A stretch of 64,000 nucleotides of DNA from Anthoceros angustus (Eukaryota > Plantae > Anthocerotophyta), in NCBI GenBank assembly GCA_010909165.1, contig MU008167.1, positions 1,426,001 through 1,490,000 of the forward strand, read 5' to 3'. The position numbers and the translations under genes were made by a program. Numbering within the stretch: position 1 is the first letter of the stretch; each line of letters starts with the position of its first letter. Positions 10,340 through 22,076 of the stretch are shown one piece after another. Below the pieces are notes generated by a model. The model had not been told where the DNA came from. It was given only the letters and a program-made list of their open reading frames with translations, and searched no databases.

Positions 10340-13265
10340 GCCAGTAGCCTTTGGAGGCACTGGCCGGCACCTTCGAATGCGCTGACCATGACTTGGCATG
10401 GAAACAAGCATCATTGCCAGTAGCCTTTGGAGGCACTGGCCGGCACCTTCGAATGCGTTGACCATGACTTGGCATGGAAACAAGCATCATTGCCAGTAGC
10501 CTTTGGAGGCACTGGCTTGCTGGCCATGGAAGTCTCGACTCCGGTAGCCTTCCTTGGGAGTTGGGCCCTTTTTGCCCCAATTTTGGCCTCTCAGTTCTTA
10601 ATGCAAGACTCCCCCTTCTGGAAGCCTTCGTCTCGAGTGTTGAGGAGGGGGCCTTCCCCTTGCAGGTCTCTTTGAGGAGGGCTAGGGACTCCCTTTCCTT
10701 AGAGGCTAGGGAAGCCATGCCTCCTTTTTCCTCTTTCTCTAGAGAAGGGATGCGTGGCCTTCAAGCCTCTCTCCAAGAGAAGCAATATTTAGACGCGCAA
10801 AGGGCCCTCCTTCTGGACTCCTCCATTTGCAGGTCTTCGCAGGCCCACCTACTTTCCTGCTTGGGGAAGGGGGCAGGTTCCTGGCTTCTCGCTCGGCCTT
10901 GCATTGAGGCATTTCGAATCGCACCAACATCCTTTTCGACCTCGATGAGGGTCCGCCTCGGCTTGGCTCATCCTTTGGCCTCTTCTCTTTCCACGTGCAG
11001 TTGTGGGCACGCCACTTCGGGAGAATTCAAAATCGCGCTCCAGGCCTGTTCAGTAAATTCTGCTTGATTGATCTGCAACACACGATGCCACGAGCCAAAT
11101 GAGAACACACAAAAGCTGCCACATTTTACGATTCTATCCACTCTAGCAACACAGAAATCCAAAACTGACAATCAAAACCTACTCTTCCATCTCGCGCAGA
11201 CTCAGCCCGTGGAGTAGTAACAAAACTCCGCCTCCTTTCACACCTCCGCACACCTAGTGGCTGCAAATTCGGACTGCCGAAGTCCTACAAACGGCTGAAA
11301 CCCCTAGGCCTCAATTCCCCGCCCGGACCGCCACAAGCCGCTGGTGCAGGCCCTGCACCTTCCCCTCCCGCCGCAGGTCTGACATGCTGCGCTTGCGGAG
11401 CCGAAAATTCTGCACCCTGCCAGACTCCGGCAGAGCAGACTGCACTCAGGCGGAGCTCTGGACAGGTTCGCGGCTGCCGCCTGCAGCACCGTCAACGACG
11501 ACGCCATGGCCGACAAATCCCGCCGCGCCCCCAGAAAGCGCCCTAGCTAGCTGCAGCGCCAGGCCGTGAAGCTCCCACTCCGGAATTGCACAAAACCGAC
11601 AATCTCCGGGCGCTCCCACTGCGAATCCTGCAATCCTCAGGCAAAGGCTGGCTCAAAGCAGATGCTTGTGCCTTCGATTCCTAACCGTCCTCGCTGCGAT
11701 CAATCTTGCACGTTGCAATTGGAAGTTATAACCACTGTGCGAGGAGAGGAAGACAGTTCCTGAAGCGTAGATCATTGGCGTGCTCGTCACGCTCCCATGG
11801 AGGGCGCAGTTCGCACCTCCAGAACGTGGTAGAAAAGAGCTACCGCTCCGGCCTAGACCATTCCAGACGCAGCCGGAAGCTCCCAGCAAAGAGAGGAGAG
11901 AGAAGACAGAGGCCGTCATCAGTCGTGGCGCGTGACTGCCCACGCGTCATCCATCCAGGCCCCTTCTCATTGTTCTCACATGCCCACCAAAACACACCTC
12001 AGCTAATTTCATTCAATTCAAATTGCGATTGGTCTGACCTAATCCTGGATCAGCATGGCCGAATGGCGTCGCATCTCATGAACCTATATACATAAAGTAC
12101 TTCCCTTCAGTAGTTTTATAAGATTTGTTTCACTGCATATTGTCCAACCCATTCCCAGGGGCAGGTTATGCAGGCGCCAGTAGCCTTTGGAGGCACTGGC
12201 CGGCACCTTCGAATGCGCTGACCATGACTTGGCATGGAAACAAGCATCATTGCCAGTAGCCTTTGGAGGCACTGGCCGGCACCTTCGAATGCGTTGACCA
12301 TGACTTGGCATGGAACAGCATCATTGCCGAGCCTTGGAGGCACCGCTGCCATGGAAGTCTCGACTCGGTAGCCTTCCTTGGGAGTTGGGCCCTTTGCCCC
12401 AATTTTGGCCTCTCGCCTAATGCAAGACTCTCCAAGCCTCTGCCTCGAGTGTTGAGGAGGGGCCTTCCCTGCGGTGTCTCTTTGAGGAGGGCTAGGGACT
12501 CCCTTTCCTTAGAGGCTAGGGAAGCCATGCCTCCTTTTTCCTCTTTCTCTAGAGAAGGGATGCGTGGCCTTCAAGCCTCTCTCCAAGAGAAGCAATATTT
12601 AGACGCGCAAAGGGCCCTCCTTCTCGACTCCTCCATTTGCAGGTCTTCGCAGGCCCACCTACTTTCCTGCTTGGGGAAGGGCAGTTCTCGGCTCGCTCGC
12701 CTTGCATTGAGGCATTTGAATCGCACCAACATCCTTTTCGACCGATGAGGGTCCGCCTCGGCTTGGCTCATCCTTTGGCCTCTTCTCTTTCCACGCGCTG
12801 TGGAGCGCCATCGACCACTGGTCCCATTTGCGTTGTCCCATGGGGGCAACGACATATGCATGATGCCGTTCGCGACGTCATGTTTTCGATAACTAAGGAG
12901 AGCGTATTTTTTTCGCACAGGGAGCGCCCTTATACATTGCGTAATGGCATGTCACTCACAGGGCGGACCTTTTTTATACCAGGGGGAAACAAATTTACAT
13001 CGTTGATGTGGTTGTCATAGATCCCACGAGGGACTCTATATACGAGCACGTCATCATCAACCCTCGGGCTGGGCGGCGGAAGGATGCGCAAGCAGCAAGA
13101 CTCACAAGTACTCTCCCATGCAAGACAGCCATGTTTTCATCCCCCTCGCCCTCAAGACTCATGGGGCTATGGGCAAGGACTTCTCTAGGTTAATTAAGGA
13201 GTGTGCAGAAGCCTATCACAGCCACACGAATTGGAGGGGCCTCCCCCTTTCGTTGATAAACATCC
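10340..13265 (+). mobile_element. 5'-truncated non-LTR retrotransposon with restriction-like endonuclease (CRE/R2-like clade); present as 10340-11010 and 12176-13265
   Basis: WKQASLPVAFGGTGL, QAHLLSCLGKGAGSWL, RVRLGLAHP..CSCG, HDAVRDV, VVVIDPT, PLAL.THGAMGKDF..LIKECA. This is the RT thumb, CCHC finger and RLE order. A 76-bp tandem duplication marks the 5' edge (10340/10416/10492). Confidence 0.7.
11011..11510 (-). pseudogene. CLPB3: Duplicated, frameshifted 5' fragment of ClpB3
   Basis: [20 protein letters not shown], then a frameshift (cactcagg vs cactccagg). Exon 2 is truncated at NSPEVA and fused to antisense retroelement sequence. Confidence 0.8.
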
Positions 13266-15082
13266 GTTGACAAATGTCCGTTGACAAGCGTCCGTTGACA
13301 AATGTCCGTTGACAAGCGTCCGTTGACAAATGTCCGTTGACAAGCGTCCGTTGACAAATGTCCGTTGACAAGCGTCCGTTGACAATCGTCCGTTGACAAT
13401 GGTCCGTTGACAACGGTCCGTTGAAAACGGTCCGTTGACAAGCATCCGTTGACAATGGTCTGTTGACAAGCGTCCGTTGACAAGCGTCCGTTGACAATCG
13501 TCCGTTGACAATCGTCCGTTGACAATCGTCCGTTGACAATCGTCCGTTGACAATCGTCCGTTGACAATCGTCCGTTGACAAGCGTCCGTTGACAAGCGTC
13601 CGTTGACAATCTTCCGTTGACAAGCGTCCGCTGACAAGCGTCCGTTGACAAGCGTCCGCTGACAAGCGCCTGACAAGCGTCCGATGACAAGCGTCCGTTG
13701 ACAAGCGTCCGCTGACAAGCGTCCGTTGACAAGCGCTCGCTGACAAGCGTCGCGACAAGCGTCCGTTAAGCGTCCGTTGACAAGCGCCCGTTGACAAGCG
13801 CTGACAAGCGTCCGATGACAAGCGTCGCTGACAATGGTCCGTTGACAATCCGTTGACAATGGTCTGACAATGGTCGTTGACAAGCGTCCGCTTGACAAGC
13901 GTCCGTTGACAATGGTCCGTTGACAATGGTCCGTTGACAATGGTCCGTTGACAATGGTCCGTTGACAATGGTCCGTTGACAATGGTCCGTTGACAATGGT
14001 CCGTTGACAATGGTCCGTTGACAATGGTCCGTTGACAATGGTCCGTTGACAATGGTCCGTTGACAAGCGTCCGTTGACAAGCGTCCGTTGACAAGCGTCC
14101 GTTGACAAGCGTCCGTTGACAAGCGTCCGTTGACAAGCGTCCGTTGACAATCGTCCGTTGACATGCGTCCGTTCACATGCGTCCGTTCACATGCGTCCGT
14201 TGACAAGCGTCCGTTGACAAGCGTCCGTTGACAAATGTCCGTTGACAATGGTCCGTTGACAAACGTCCGTTGACAAACGCCCGCTGACAAGCGTCCGCTT
14301 GACAAGCGCCCGCTTGACAAGCGTCGCTGACAAGCGCCCGCTGACAAGCGCCTGCTGACAAGCGCCCGCTGATAAGCGCCTGCTGACAAGCGCCCGTTGA
14401 CAAGCGCCGCTGACAAGCGCCGCGACAAGCGCTGACAAGCGCTGCTGACAAGCGCCTGCTGACAAGCGCCGCGACAAGCGCCCGCGATAAGCGCCCGTTG
14501 ACAAGCGCCCGCTGATAAGCGCCCGCGATGCCGCCTGCTGATACGGTCCGCTGATACGGTCTGACAATGGTCCGCTGACAAGCGCTGACAAGCGCCCGCT
14601 GATAAGCGCCCGCGACAAGCGCCGTTGACAATGGTCTGCTGATAATGGTCTGCTGATACGGTCTGCTGACAATGGTCTGCTGATAATGGTCTGCTGATAC
14701 GGTCTGACAATGGTCCGCTGATACGGTCCGCTGACAATGGTCCGTTGATAATGGTCTGTTGACAAGCGCCCGCGACAAGCGCCCGCGACAAGCGCCCGCT
14801 TGACAAGCGCCCGCGACAAGCGCTGACAAGCGCCCGCTGACAAGCGCCCGCGACAAGCGCCCGCGACAAGCGCCTGCTTGACAAGCGCTGACAAGCGTCG
14901 CTTGACAAGCGCCTGACAAGCGCTCGCTGACAAGCGCCCGCTGACAAATGTCCGCGACAATGGTCCGTTGACAACGCTCGCTGACAAACGCCCGCTGATA
15001 ATCGCCCGCTGACAAACGCTCGTTGAGAAACGTCCGTTGACAAACGTCTGTTGACAAACGTTCGTTGACAAAGGTTGTTGAT
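13251..15082 (+). repeat. 14-bp minisatellite, consensus CCGTTGACAAGCGT, ~1.8 kb (~130 units)
   Basis: Direct inspection. Variants ACAAGCGTCCGTTG, ACAAATGTCCGTTG, ACAATCGTCCGTTG, ACAATGGTCCGTTG and ACAAGCGCCCGCTG occur in blocks. The 14-aa periodic minus-strand ORFs (STDACQRTLVNGRL)n equal three units. Confidence 0.98.
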
Positions 15083-16914
15083 AACCTCATTTACAACCTC
15101 ATTTACGACCTAAAAAATTCGCGAATCGCTAGTTTTACAACACAATCTACAAGGTAGATTACAACTTGGAAAATTCACATCTCAATGATTTCCAACGTTG
15201 TTTATACATTAAAATATATACGTATTCTACAAAAATAGTATGCATCTCTTTTTCATACATACGGGTACTGACATAAGGTATACTATATGGTATAAGATAC
15301 GAGGATCAAATTATATATGTATATAATAAAATACATGAGTATTTATTCAATATATGATAATATTGACAAAAATAATTATTGAATTAACTAAATAAAGTAT
15401 TGCTACCGCGCGGAGAGAGGCTTTCGGAAATTGGACAGTCTTTACTTGTTCCTTGTACATTATGTAGACGGGCTTTTGGTCAGGCCAAGAAGACCGCGTC
15501 TGAGTCCCGCTCTAGAACTACCTACTTGTTCTTGGTTTTTATAGGTTAGACGTTGGGTTTGTTGGTACCCGTGTTAGTTGGGGTTTTTTCTAGTTGGTTT
15601 AATCAGGGTTATTATATTTACAGACAATGATCCTATTTATCAGCTATTTTATATTTAATAATTATTATCTTATAATTAGTATCTCTAAATGACGTGTATT
15701 TATATTCACTAAAATAGGTACCTTCTAGGCCGGTTCTTACCACTTCGTCCGGCTATGGCTGGAAGTGGCTTCGTTCCCGTGCTGGTAAGAGCGCTCGTTT
15801 CAAGTATCCAATTAATATTATAAATCTATGAATTTAATAATATAATTAATGATATCCATTGCATATAAATCCTAATTTTTAGGCAGTATATATATACATA
15901 TTATTTAACTAAATTTGGCCCCTAATTGAAGACCACATTTACATAAAATAATGCATGCATAATATCTTAAAATTAGGATAAATGAAGACAATATATATTG
16001 TAACATAATCCGCCGACGCCTTGTAAAGTTCGCACAATCTTTACAAGGTGGTGCATTATAGAATGCGCTTGCACTTGAAGGCTGTGATGATCTTCCTACG
16101 AGATATTCTCTTGGATTTGAAGGCCTTCATGTGTGCAAGGTCAACAGTAACATGCATGTGAAGAGGAATATAAGATGCAAGTCAAAAATCCAATAGAGCC
16201 AAAGCGAGATTAACTTACACGACAACATACTTGATACACCACAAGCAGCCCCACCATAATGGTAAAGAAAAGTTGAATCTAGAGCACACCTTCCACCAAA
16301 ATGTCTGCCCCAATCAATCATCAATCCACATCATCAATCCACGTTATCAATCCCGAAAAATATTTTACAACGTAATCTACAACAAGGAAGCCACGTCATC
16401 AATCGCTGTTGTAAATGGCCTCCAATCATAATTTTTTGATTTATAAGAATAATAAAGAGTTCTCTTTATTATTCTTTATACTCTTATAAACAACTCTCTT
16501 GAACAAATATAAGCCTTTGAAGAAATAAAGAACAAATTTTGAGAAAAAGGCTTTACAACGTAATCTACAACAAGGGAGCCACGTCAGCACATGCTGTTGT
16601 AACTGGCTTCAAAGCATATTTTTGTGACTAGTGATATTAATGAAGATTTTTAGAAAAATAAAGATCAAATTTTGAAAAAAAAGGCTTTTACAACGTAATC
16701 TACAATGAGGGAGCCACATCATCAATCCGTTGTTGTAAATGAGCACCTAAAAGAGTGCCACATCATCCAACTAGAAACCCCCATTGTAAATCGAGTCTTA
16801 AAACTTGCCACATCAGCGAAACTTAAACCAATTTACAACGGAGGTGTTTAGACGTTGTAAAGATTGGGACATTTGCAAAAGGGGTTTTGTAAAATAACCC
16901 TCTCCCTAGTAGTG
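15083..16914. mobile_element. AT-rich right arm of a CACTA-superfamily DNA transposon (left end not found)
   Basis: Terminus ...TCTCCCTAGTAGTG at 16914 (reverse complement CACTACTAGGGAGA). Subterminal inverted TTTACAAC/GTTGTAAA pairs at 16364-16415, 16552-16602, 16687-16739 and 16832-16861. Perfect 10-bp hairpin at 16019-16048. Confidence 0.6.
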
Positions 16915-19900
16915 AAATAGTGAAAATATTGAGGTTCTAGGTCGGAAATAGTCAACCCCTACTTCTCTACCAATTCCTAGCACATGGAAACCAACAAGTG
17001 GATAAATGACCATTGAGTAAGATGAACAACGTATCTTAACCCACATGGTATAAGTTATAACCAAAAAGCTCCTTCGCCCTTTGTTAGACTATGTTTATCC
17101 AAAAAAACCAAAAGGAGATAAAGAGGTATATGTGATCATAAGTATATGTACTATTCATTGAATTAGTCCCACTACATCGGTACACTATATTCCCACATAT
17201 GCTTCCGCATAAAACCACTTGTTTATCGGACTGTATTATAAAATACTAGTCGTATGCAAACACTCATGCTACAAAAACAACAACATATACATGACAACAT
17301 CTATTATAAGCATTAAGCTTCCAAGTGCCTTATTATCTCCTTCGAGACTCATTGACCAGCCTCTACTCTTGCTCTTTTACTTAAAAAAACAAGAATACAT
17401 CAAAGAATTCAAAAAGTTTAAGTCACCAAATTGCTGACAAACAATGGCAGCTAGTTCAGCACCTAGACTCTGGCACACAGCCCTTTCTTCTCATACTCTC
17501 AACAAGTTTAAAAGTTGTTCCCTACTCACATTTAGCTCTCAAAAGGCTCCATAACCTTCCAAATTTATTCTAGCCTCCTTAGCCAAATAAGAACTCCTCT
17601 ACCCTCATTATATATGTTTCCCAATTGTAAAAACTACCCTTATTTTTAAGTCTTGGGTATGTCCAAAAAGGAATCTTCCGACCTAAGAACTACTCGCAAC
17701 ATCTCTATTCATTGACAAGCTCATACAGAACTCTTTGCAACCTTGCATTCCATGAAAGATTTCAATTGTGAAATTGTTAAATCTTAGCTGAAGTTATCAC
17801 CAAAAAAAGCTTCCAACTTAGGAACGCTTTGTGTTAACCTCTCATGGCATGGGCAAAACATTTAAAATCCCTTGCAACCTCTTATTCCATGGAAGGTTTC
17901 GACTTTGGAACTCCTTGTCACCTCTCAGTCGATGGAAGCTTTCCAACTCAACAACTCTTGCAACTCATTCTATATAGCCAAACCCCTTGAACTCATCGCA
18001 ATCTTTTTAGTCTTTTTTATCTTTTTGTAAATAGAAAAAATAAATCTCGTTTTCTTTCTTTTCAAATAGAACAAAAACAGATATCTTCTTGTTCCTTTTC
18101 AAATAGACTTGACTAAGGACCCTCGGTCACCAAATTGGGAGTCTGGTAGTGTCCGAAGGAACACTATTGAACTGGCGATTTGAACATAGTTGACTTGCAG
18201 TTGGGTCACCAGTTGGCCATGTGGCAAACCAAACTGATCCATGGCACAGACACAATATAGACAACACGTAGTTGGCTAAGGTAGCTTGTACGGTTCAATC
18301 CTACATTGAAATGTGATCCCAATTGAACCAAACGTCTTGGGATGTGATACCAATTGAACCAAATGTCTTGTAGAATAGTTGAGGCTAAATTGAGGTGAAA
18401 GGATAACATTTTTAATCTATGATTGGACAATTGAACCCAAAGTATTATTATTTTATTATTTTATCTGATTAATCTATCAACCCAGAATTTCAAATAATTG
18501 AGGCTGAATTGAGGTGAAAGAATAACATTTTTAACCTATGATTGGAAATATTGAATCCAAATTATTTTATTATATTTATTAGTATTTTATTATTTTATTA
18601 TTTTATCTGGTTAATCTATCATAATTTATGCTACAGCCAGAATTTCAAGGTGTAGAACGGGTCTCCAATCATGTTCATGTTGACATGTACGTTTTCTTAT
18701 TTCATTTTCCATTTCGGCTCAGACCCATTCCTTTAGCATTGATAAGTTCAAAGAATACCTTGGGTTCAAGAATGAATTGAAAAAGTATTCAACATGAATA
18801 AAGCACATAAAGTTTCTTTTTATATATTTACAATATCACAAGCACTAGGCAAATCATCGAACTTACAAAATAAGACTTATTAGTTTGACAACAGGTCAAT
18901 GGCTTTTAATAAATAGATATTGACTTTAACAAATTAATTTAACTAATCAACTTGAGGAATACTTTAGGAGAAGAGTAATGAGATATAAAATGTAACAATA
19001 ACATCAAGGGAGTGCAAGAATAATAAATAGAAATAAAAAATATAGGATAAGTATGAAACAGGATTAGAGTTCGTAGGAAGTAACAACATGCTTAGATAGG
19101 ACCGCACTCGCGATTAGTATGAACTATACACTATAGTTTAGTTCATCCAAGTACTGCTACACCTAGGGTGAACCATCTCTTTCTCTACAAATAGATCCAA
19201 AGAATTTTCATTTTAATTTACTTTCGGAACTTGGCCATCAAGTGTTGACGATGAGTTTATAGATTTTGAGTTAAATAGCGTTGGATTTTGTAATCACTGT
19301 TATAGTGTGTATTAGCAATGTTGAAAGCTCTGTCCTACTTCAATAGTTTGCTCCCCTTGCTTTATGACATAGGCAAGAATCTTGCCTTATGACATAGGCA
19401 TTCTTGATGTGCTAGTCTATGATGAGCTCTAAGTTTTGTCTTGAGAGTCCAAATCTCTTGAGCCAAAGGAGGAGTTGTCTGCACCAATCCTTTTTTGCCC
19501 CTTGCTGACTGGTCCTGTTGTTCTCTAATGGCCATGCTATGTATCTTATTAGTGCCCATAGATCGGAAATACCGGATGGTATGGATAAGCCCGTGAAGTT
19601 TGTTCTCTCCAAGTATGATGCATATTTAGAGGCTTGAGTTTTAGGGTTTTGTGGATGTGGTATTATAAATGTTATTTCTTCTCTTTTTTATTTTTTATTT
19701 TTTGAAATAATATTTTAATCGACATCATTTTATGTTTTTGTGCTTTTTTGCAGTCTGTTTTTTGGAGTGTGTGAATTGGGTGTACAAACTACTAGGTTTC
19801 AGTAGAAGTGTTTTCATCCTTTTTATTTTATGTGCTTCTGATTTGGTTCTATGGTAGATGTTTTAAGTTTATGTGTAGAATTTTTGTACCTAATTTTTGT

Positions 19901-20029
19901 CTGTTTATATATTTTTTGAAAATATTGGATTTATTTTTTCAATCATTGGTACGAGATTATAGATTTTGGGTTAAAATATTTTCCCAGAAGTTGATGGAAA
20001 GTGTTTGTATGGAAGTAAAGTTATGTGGC
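16915..20029. mobile_element. AT-rich, heavily decayed retrotransposon-like debris (possible Gypsy integrase relic on - at ~19150-19600)
   Basis: No long ORFs. Only weak motif echoes, e.g. SSSTLDGQVPKVN on -, resembling integrase SSS.HPQTDGQ.ERVN. Local duplications are present. Confidence 0.3.
18375..18640 (+). repeat. ~119-bp diverged tandem duplication, preceded by a ~31-bp duplication at ~18317-18370
   Basis: ttgaggct(a/g)aattgaggtgaaag...ataacatttttaa.ctatgattgga occurs at 18379 and 18498. Confidence 0.8.
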
Positions 20030-20343
20030 TGTTGCTAGGCTGCAGTAGTACTGTATTCTCTTCATGGAAATTCTCGTCACTGGATGGCTATACGGTTGGT
20101 AAGGTGGATATGGGTGCTCTTAAAATAACTAATTTGTGTACATCTTCTGGAAAGAATCTTTAAGAAAGTACAAAGAGTAAAGGACAAGTAAATGGCAAGG
20201 CTGAGGGTTATTTAAAGACTAGCCTACCTATGTATTGTATGTGATGTCCTACAGTACTAGTGTGCATATGTCTCATATTGTATGGAAGTTTTGTGTTCTT
20301 CTCAATAAAGGTAAAACCCTTTTTCCAACATAGTATTAGAGCC
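20030..20343 (+). mobile_element. Ty1/Copia 5' LTR (20030-20330) and primer-binding site (20331-20343)
   Basis: TGTTG...CAACA inverted termini, 301 bp. Immediately followed by TAGTATTAGAGCC, which is the tRNA-iMet PBS TGGTATCAGAGCC with two transitions. Confidence 0.75.
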
Positions 20344-20574
20344 ATATTCAAGAGACTTGTACAATCCTCATGCTACTAGAGGTTGGATACTTGAGCCTAG
20401 TCCTATTGCATAGCTCCTAGCATTGTGCTTACGAGAGCTTGTGTGGAACTACATAGCTCTTAGCCTTGTGCCTATGAGAGCTTGTGTGCAATTGTAAAGA
20501 TCTTGGTAGTAGTCCTTCTAGTGGATGTGAGTGAGGTGCTCTAGTCTTGACTAGGAATTGAGGGGAAACTAGGC

Positions 20575-21175
20575 ATGGCGTCAACAAGAATGGAGACACA
20601 TATAGTGGAGAAGTTTGGAGGCAAGAACTTCACATTGTGGAAGTTGAAGCTAAAGATGCTTCTCATCAATTGATGACTATGGAATTTCGTCGATAAAGGC
20701 CTCGAAGAGACACCCAGCGAAGCGGACATGGAAAAAGATGGAAGAGCGCTGGCGACAATCCTCCTCAATGTGTCCGATGACATGCACTCTAATTAGTTGA
20801 GTGAGTGTGCAACTTCAGAAGTGGTGTGGACGACCTTTTGGAACACATATGTTGTTGGAGTAACAATTTGCCAACTTCAAGATGGCCGAGTGCGACACCA
20901 TTTAACAACACGTCCACAAGTTAGAGAACTTGGTGGATGAAATGAAGGCAGCAGACCTCAAACCTTCTGAAGGTAAAGTAATCGTGGTGTTGTTGAGCAA
21001 CTTACCATCAGCATACAAGCAATTTGTGTTGGCCGTCAAGATGGAGGTTTTCGATGCCTTCAAGCGACAAACCACATGCCAACGTCTAACGAGGTGGTTG
21101 GGTTGCTCCTACAAGAGGAGCTGAAGAGTTCCTTCAAGAAATAAGAGAATGAAGACTTCGCGCTTTGCTCAATGG
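20575..21175 (+). mobile_element. Copia gag fragment, decayed
   Basis: MASTRMETHIVEKFGGKNFTLWKLKLKMLL**LWNFVDKG...ELVDEMKAADLKPSEGKVIVVLLSNLPSAYKQFV, with stops and frameshifts. Confidence 0.8.
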
Positions 21176-21871
21176 CAAGTACCTTACACCTTTTTGTTCG
21201 TACCCTTCTCGTTCTATCCTTCTGCAGAGTTAGCTTGTGAAGTCTTCACATGTGTTGTTCCTTTCTTTGAGAAAAGCGCGGAGTCTTGATTCTCTTCTTT
21301 CCTGAAGGAACTCTCTAGCTCCTCTTGTAGGAGCAACCTAACCACCTTGTCCCTGGTGGTTTGTCGCTTGAGCGCATCGCTACCGCCATTCCTGAAGCCC
21401 AACACAAATTGCTGGTGCGCGGGTGGTAAGTTGCTCAACAACACCACAGTTACTTTTCCTTCAGAAGGTTTGAGGTCCGCTGCCTTCATTTGATCCACTA
21501 GGTCCTTCAACTTGTTACGTGTTGTTGAATGCTGTCGTCCTCGTCCATCTTGAAGTTGGCAAATTGTTGCTTCAACAACATCTCATTCACCAGGCTCTTC
21601 TTCTCATATGCATTGTAGAGGGTCGTCCACGTCACCTTCGAGGTTGTACACTCACTCGATTACTTAGAGAATATGTCATCGGACATATTGAGGAGGATTG
21701 CCGTCAATGCTCATCCATCTTTCTCCATATAGGATGCAGTAGGTGTCTCTTCGAGGCCTTCATCGACGAACTTGCATAGTCCTTAGTCGATGAGAAGCAT
21801 TCTCGGCTTCAACTTCCACAATGTGACGTTCTTGCCTCCAAACTTCTCTACTAGACGTTTCTCCAGGCCAT
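21176..21871 (-). mobile_element. Second, inverted Copia gag fragment of the same family
   Basis: Reverse complement reads VEKFGGKNVTLWKLKPRMLL and KDLVDQMKAADLKPSEGKVTVVLLSNLPPAHQQFV. It abuts the + copy tail-to-tail. Confidence 0.8.
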
Positions 21872-22076
21872 GCTTAGTTTCTCATCAAGTTAGCCAACCT
21901 CGTCCTCAGCCAATAGACACAGGCAATTGTCGAGAATCTTATGTATCTAATAGGGACAGACAAATAATAGGCCTTATACCTTACTTGTCCTTTGTCTATA
22001 GGGTCAAGGCCTAACCTTGCAGAGGCAGAGGGAGTTGCGAGTCAATTCATGGCTAACACCATTGGACAACACCACT

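Larger units (their letters stand above)
9162..12806 (+). repeat. Direct tandem duplication (unit ~1.85 kb: 9162-11010 and 11011-~12806) of ClpB3 exon 1/part of exon 2, its promoter and a retroelement fragment
   Basis: The sequence at 11011 (gccacttcgggagaattc) restarts the sequence at 9162. The copies are co-linear; copy 2 has many 1-bp homopolymer deletions. GCCA microhomology at the junction. Confidence 0.92.

Noticed and set aside
10474-11067. 197-aa + strand ORF
   Set aside because: Chimera of retroelement sequence and antisense ClpB3 created by the duplication junction at 11011.
13251-15082. About 100 copies of TTGACA (bacterial -35 box)
   Set aside because: The context is eukaryotic and there is no spaced -10 element; it is a by-product of the repeat unit.
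13190-15090. Six long minus-strand ORFs (180-425 aa) with STDACQRTLVNGRL repeats
   Set aside because: The 14-bp unit simply lacks stop codons on the minus strand, so all three frames are open and encode permutations of the same repeat. There is no coding signal.
16364-16861. CRISPR-like reading of spaced palindromic repeats (also 33515-33611)
   Set aside because: Spacing is irregular (~135-190 bp) or absent, the repeats are degenerate, there are no cas genes, and the host is a plant. TE subterminal repeats explain them.
17166-17180. USE-like GTCCCACTACATCGG suggesting an snRNA promoter
   Set aside because: It has a 2-nt insertion versus RTCCCACATCG, no snRNA sequence follows, and similar words are common in LTR debris.
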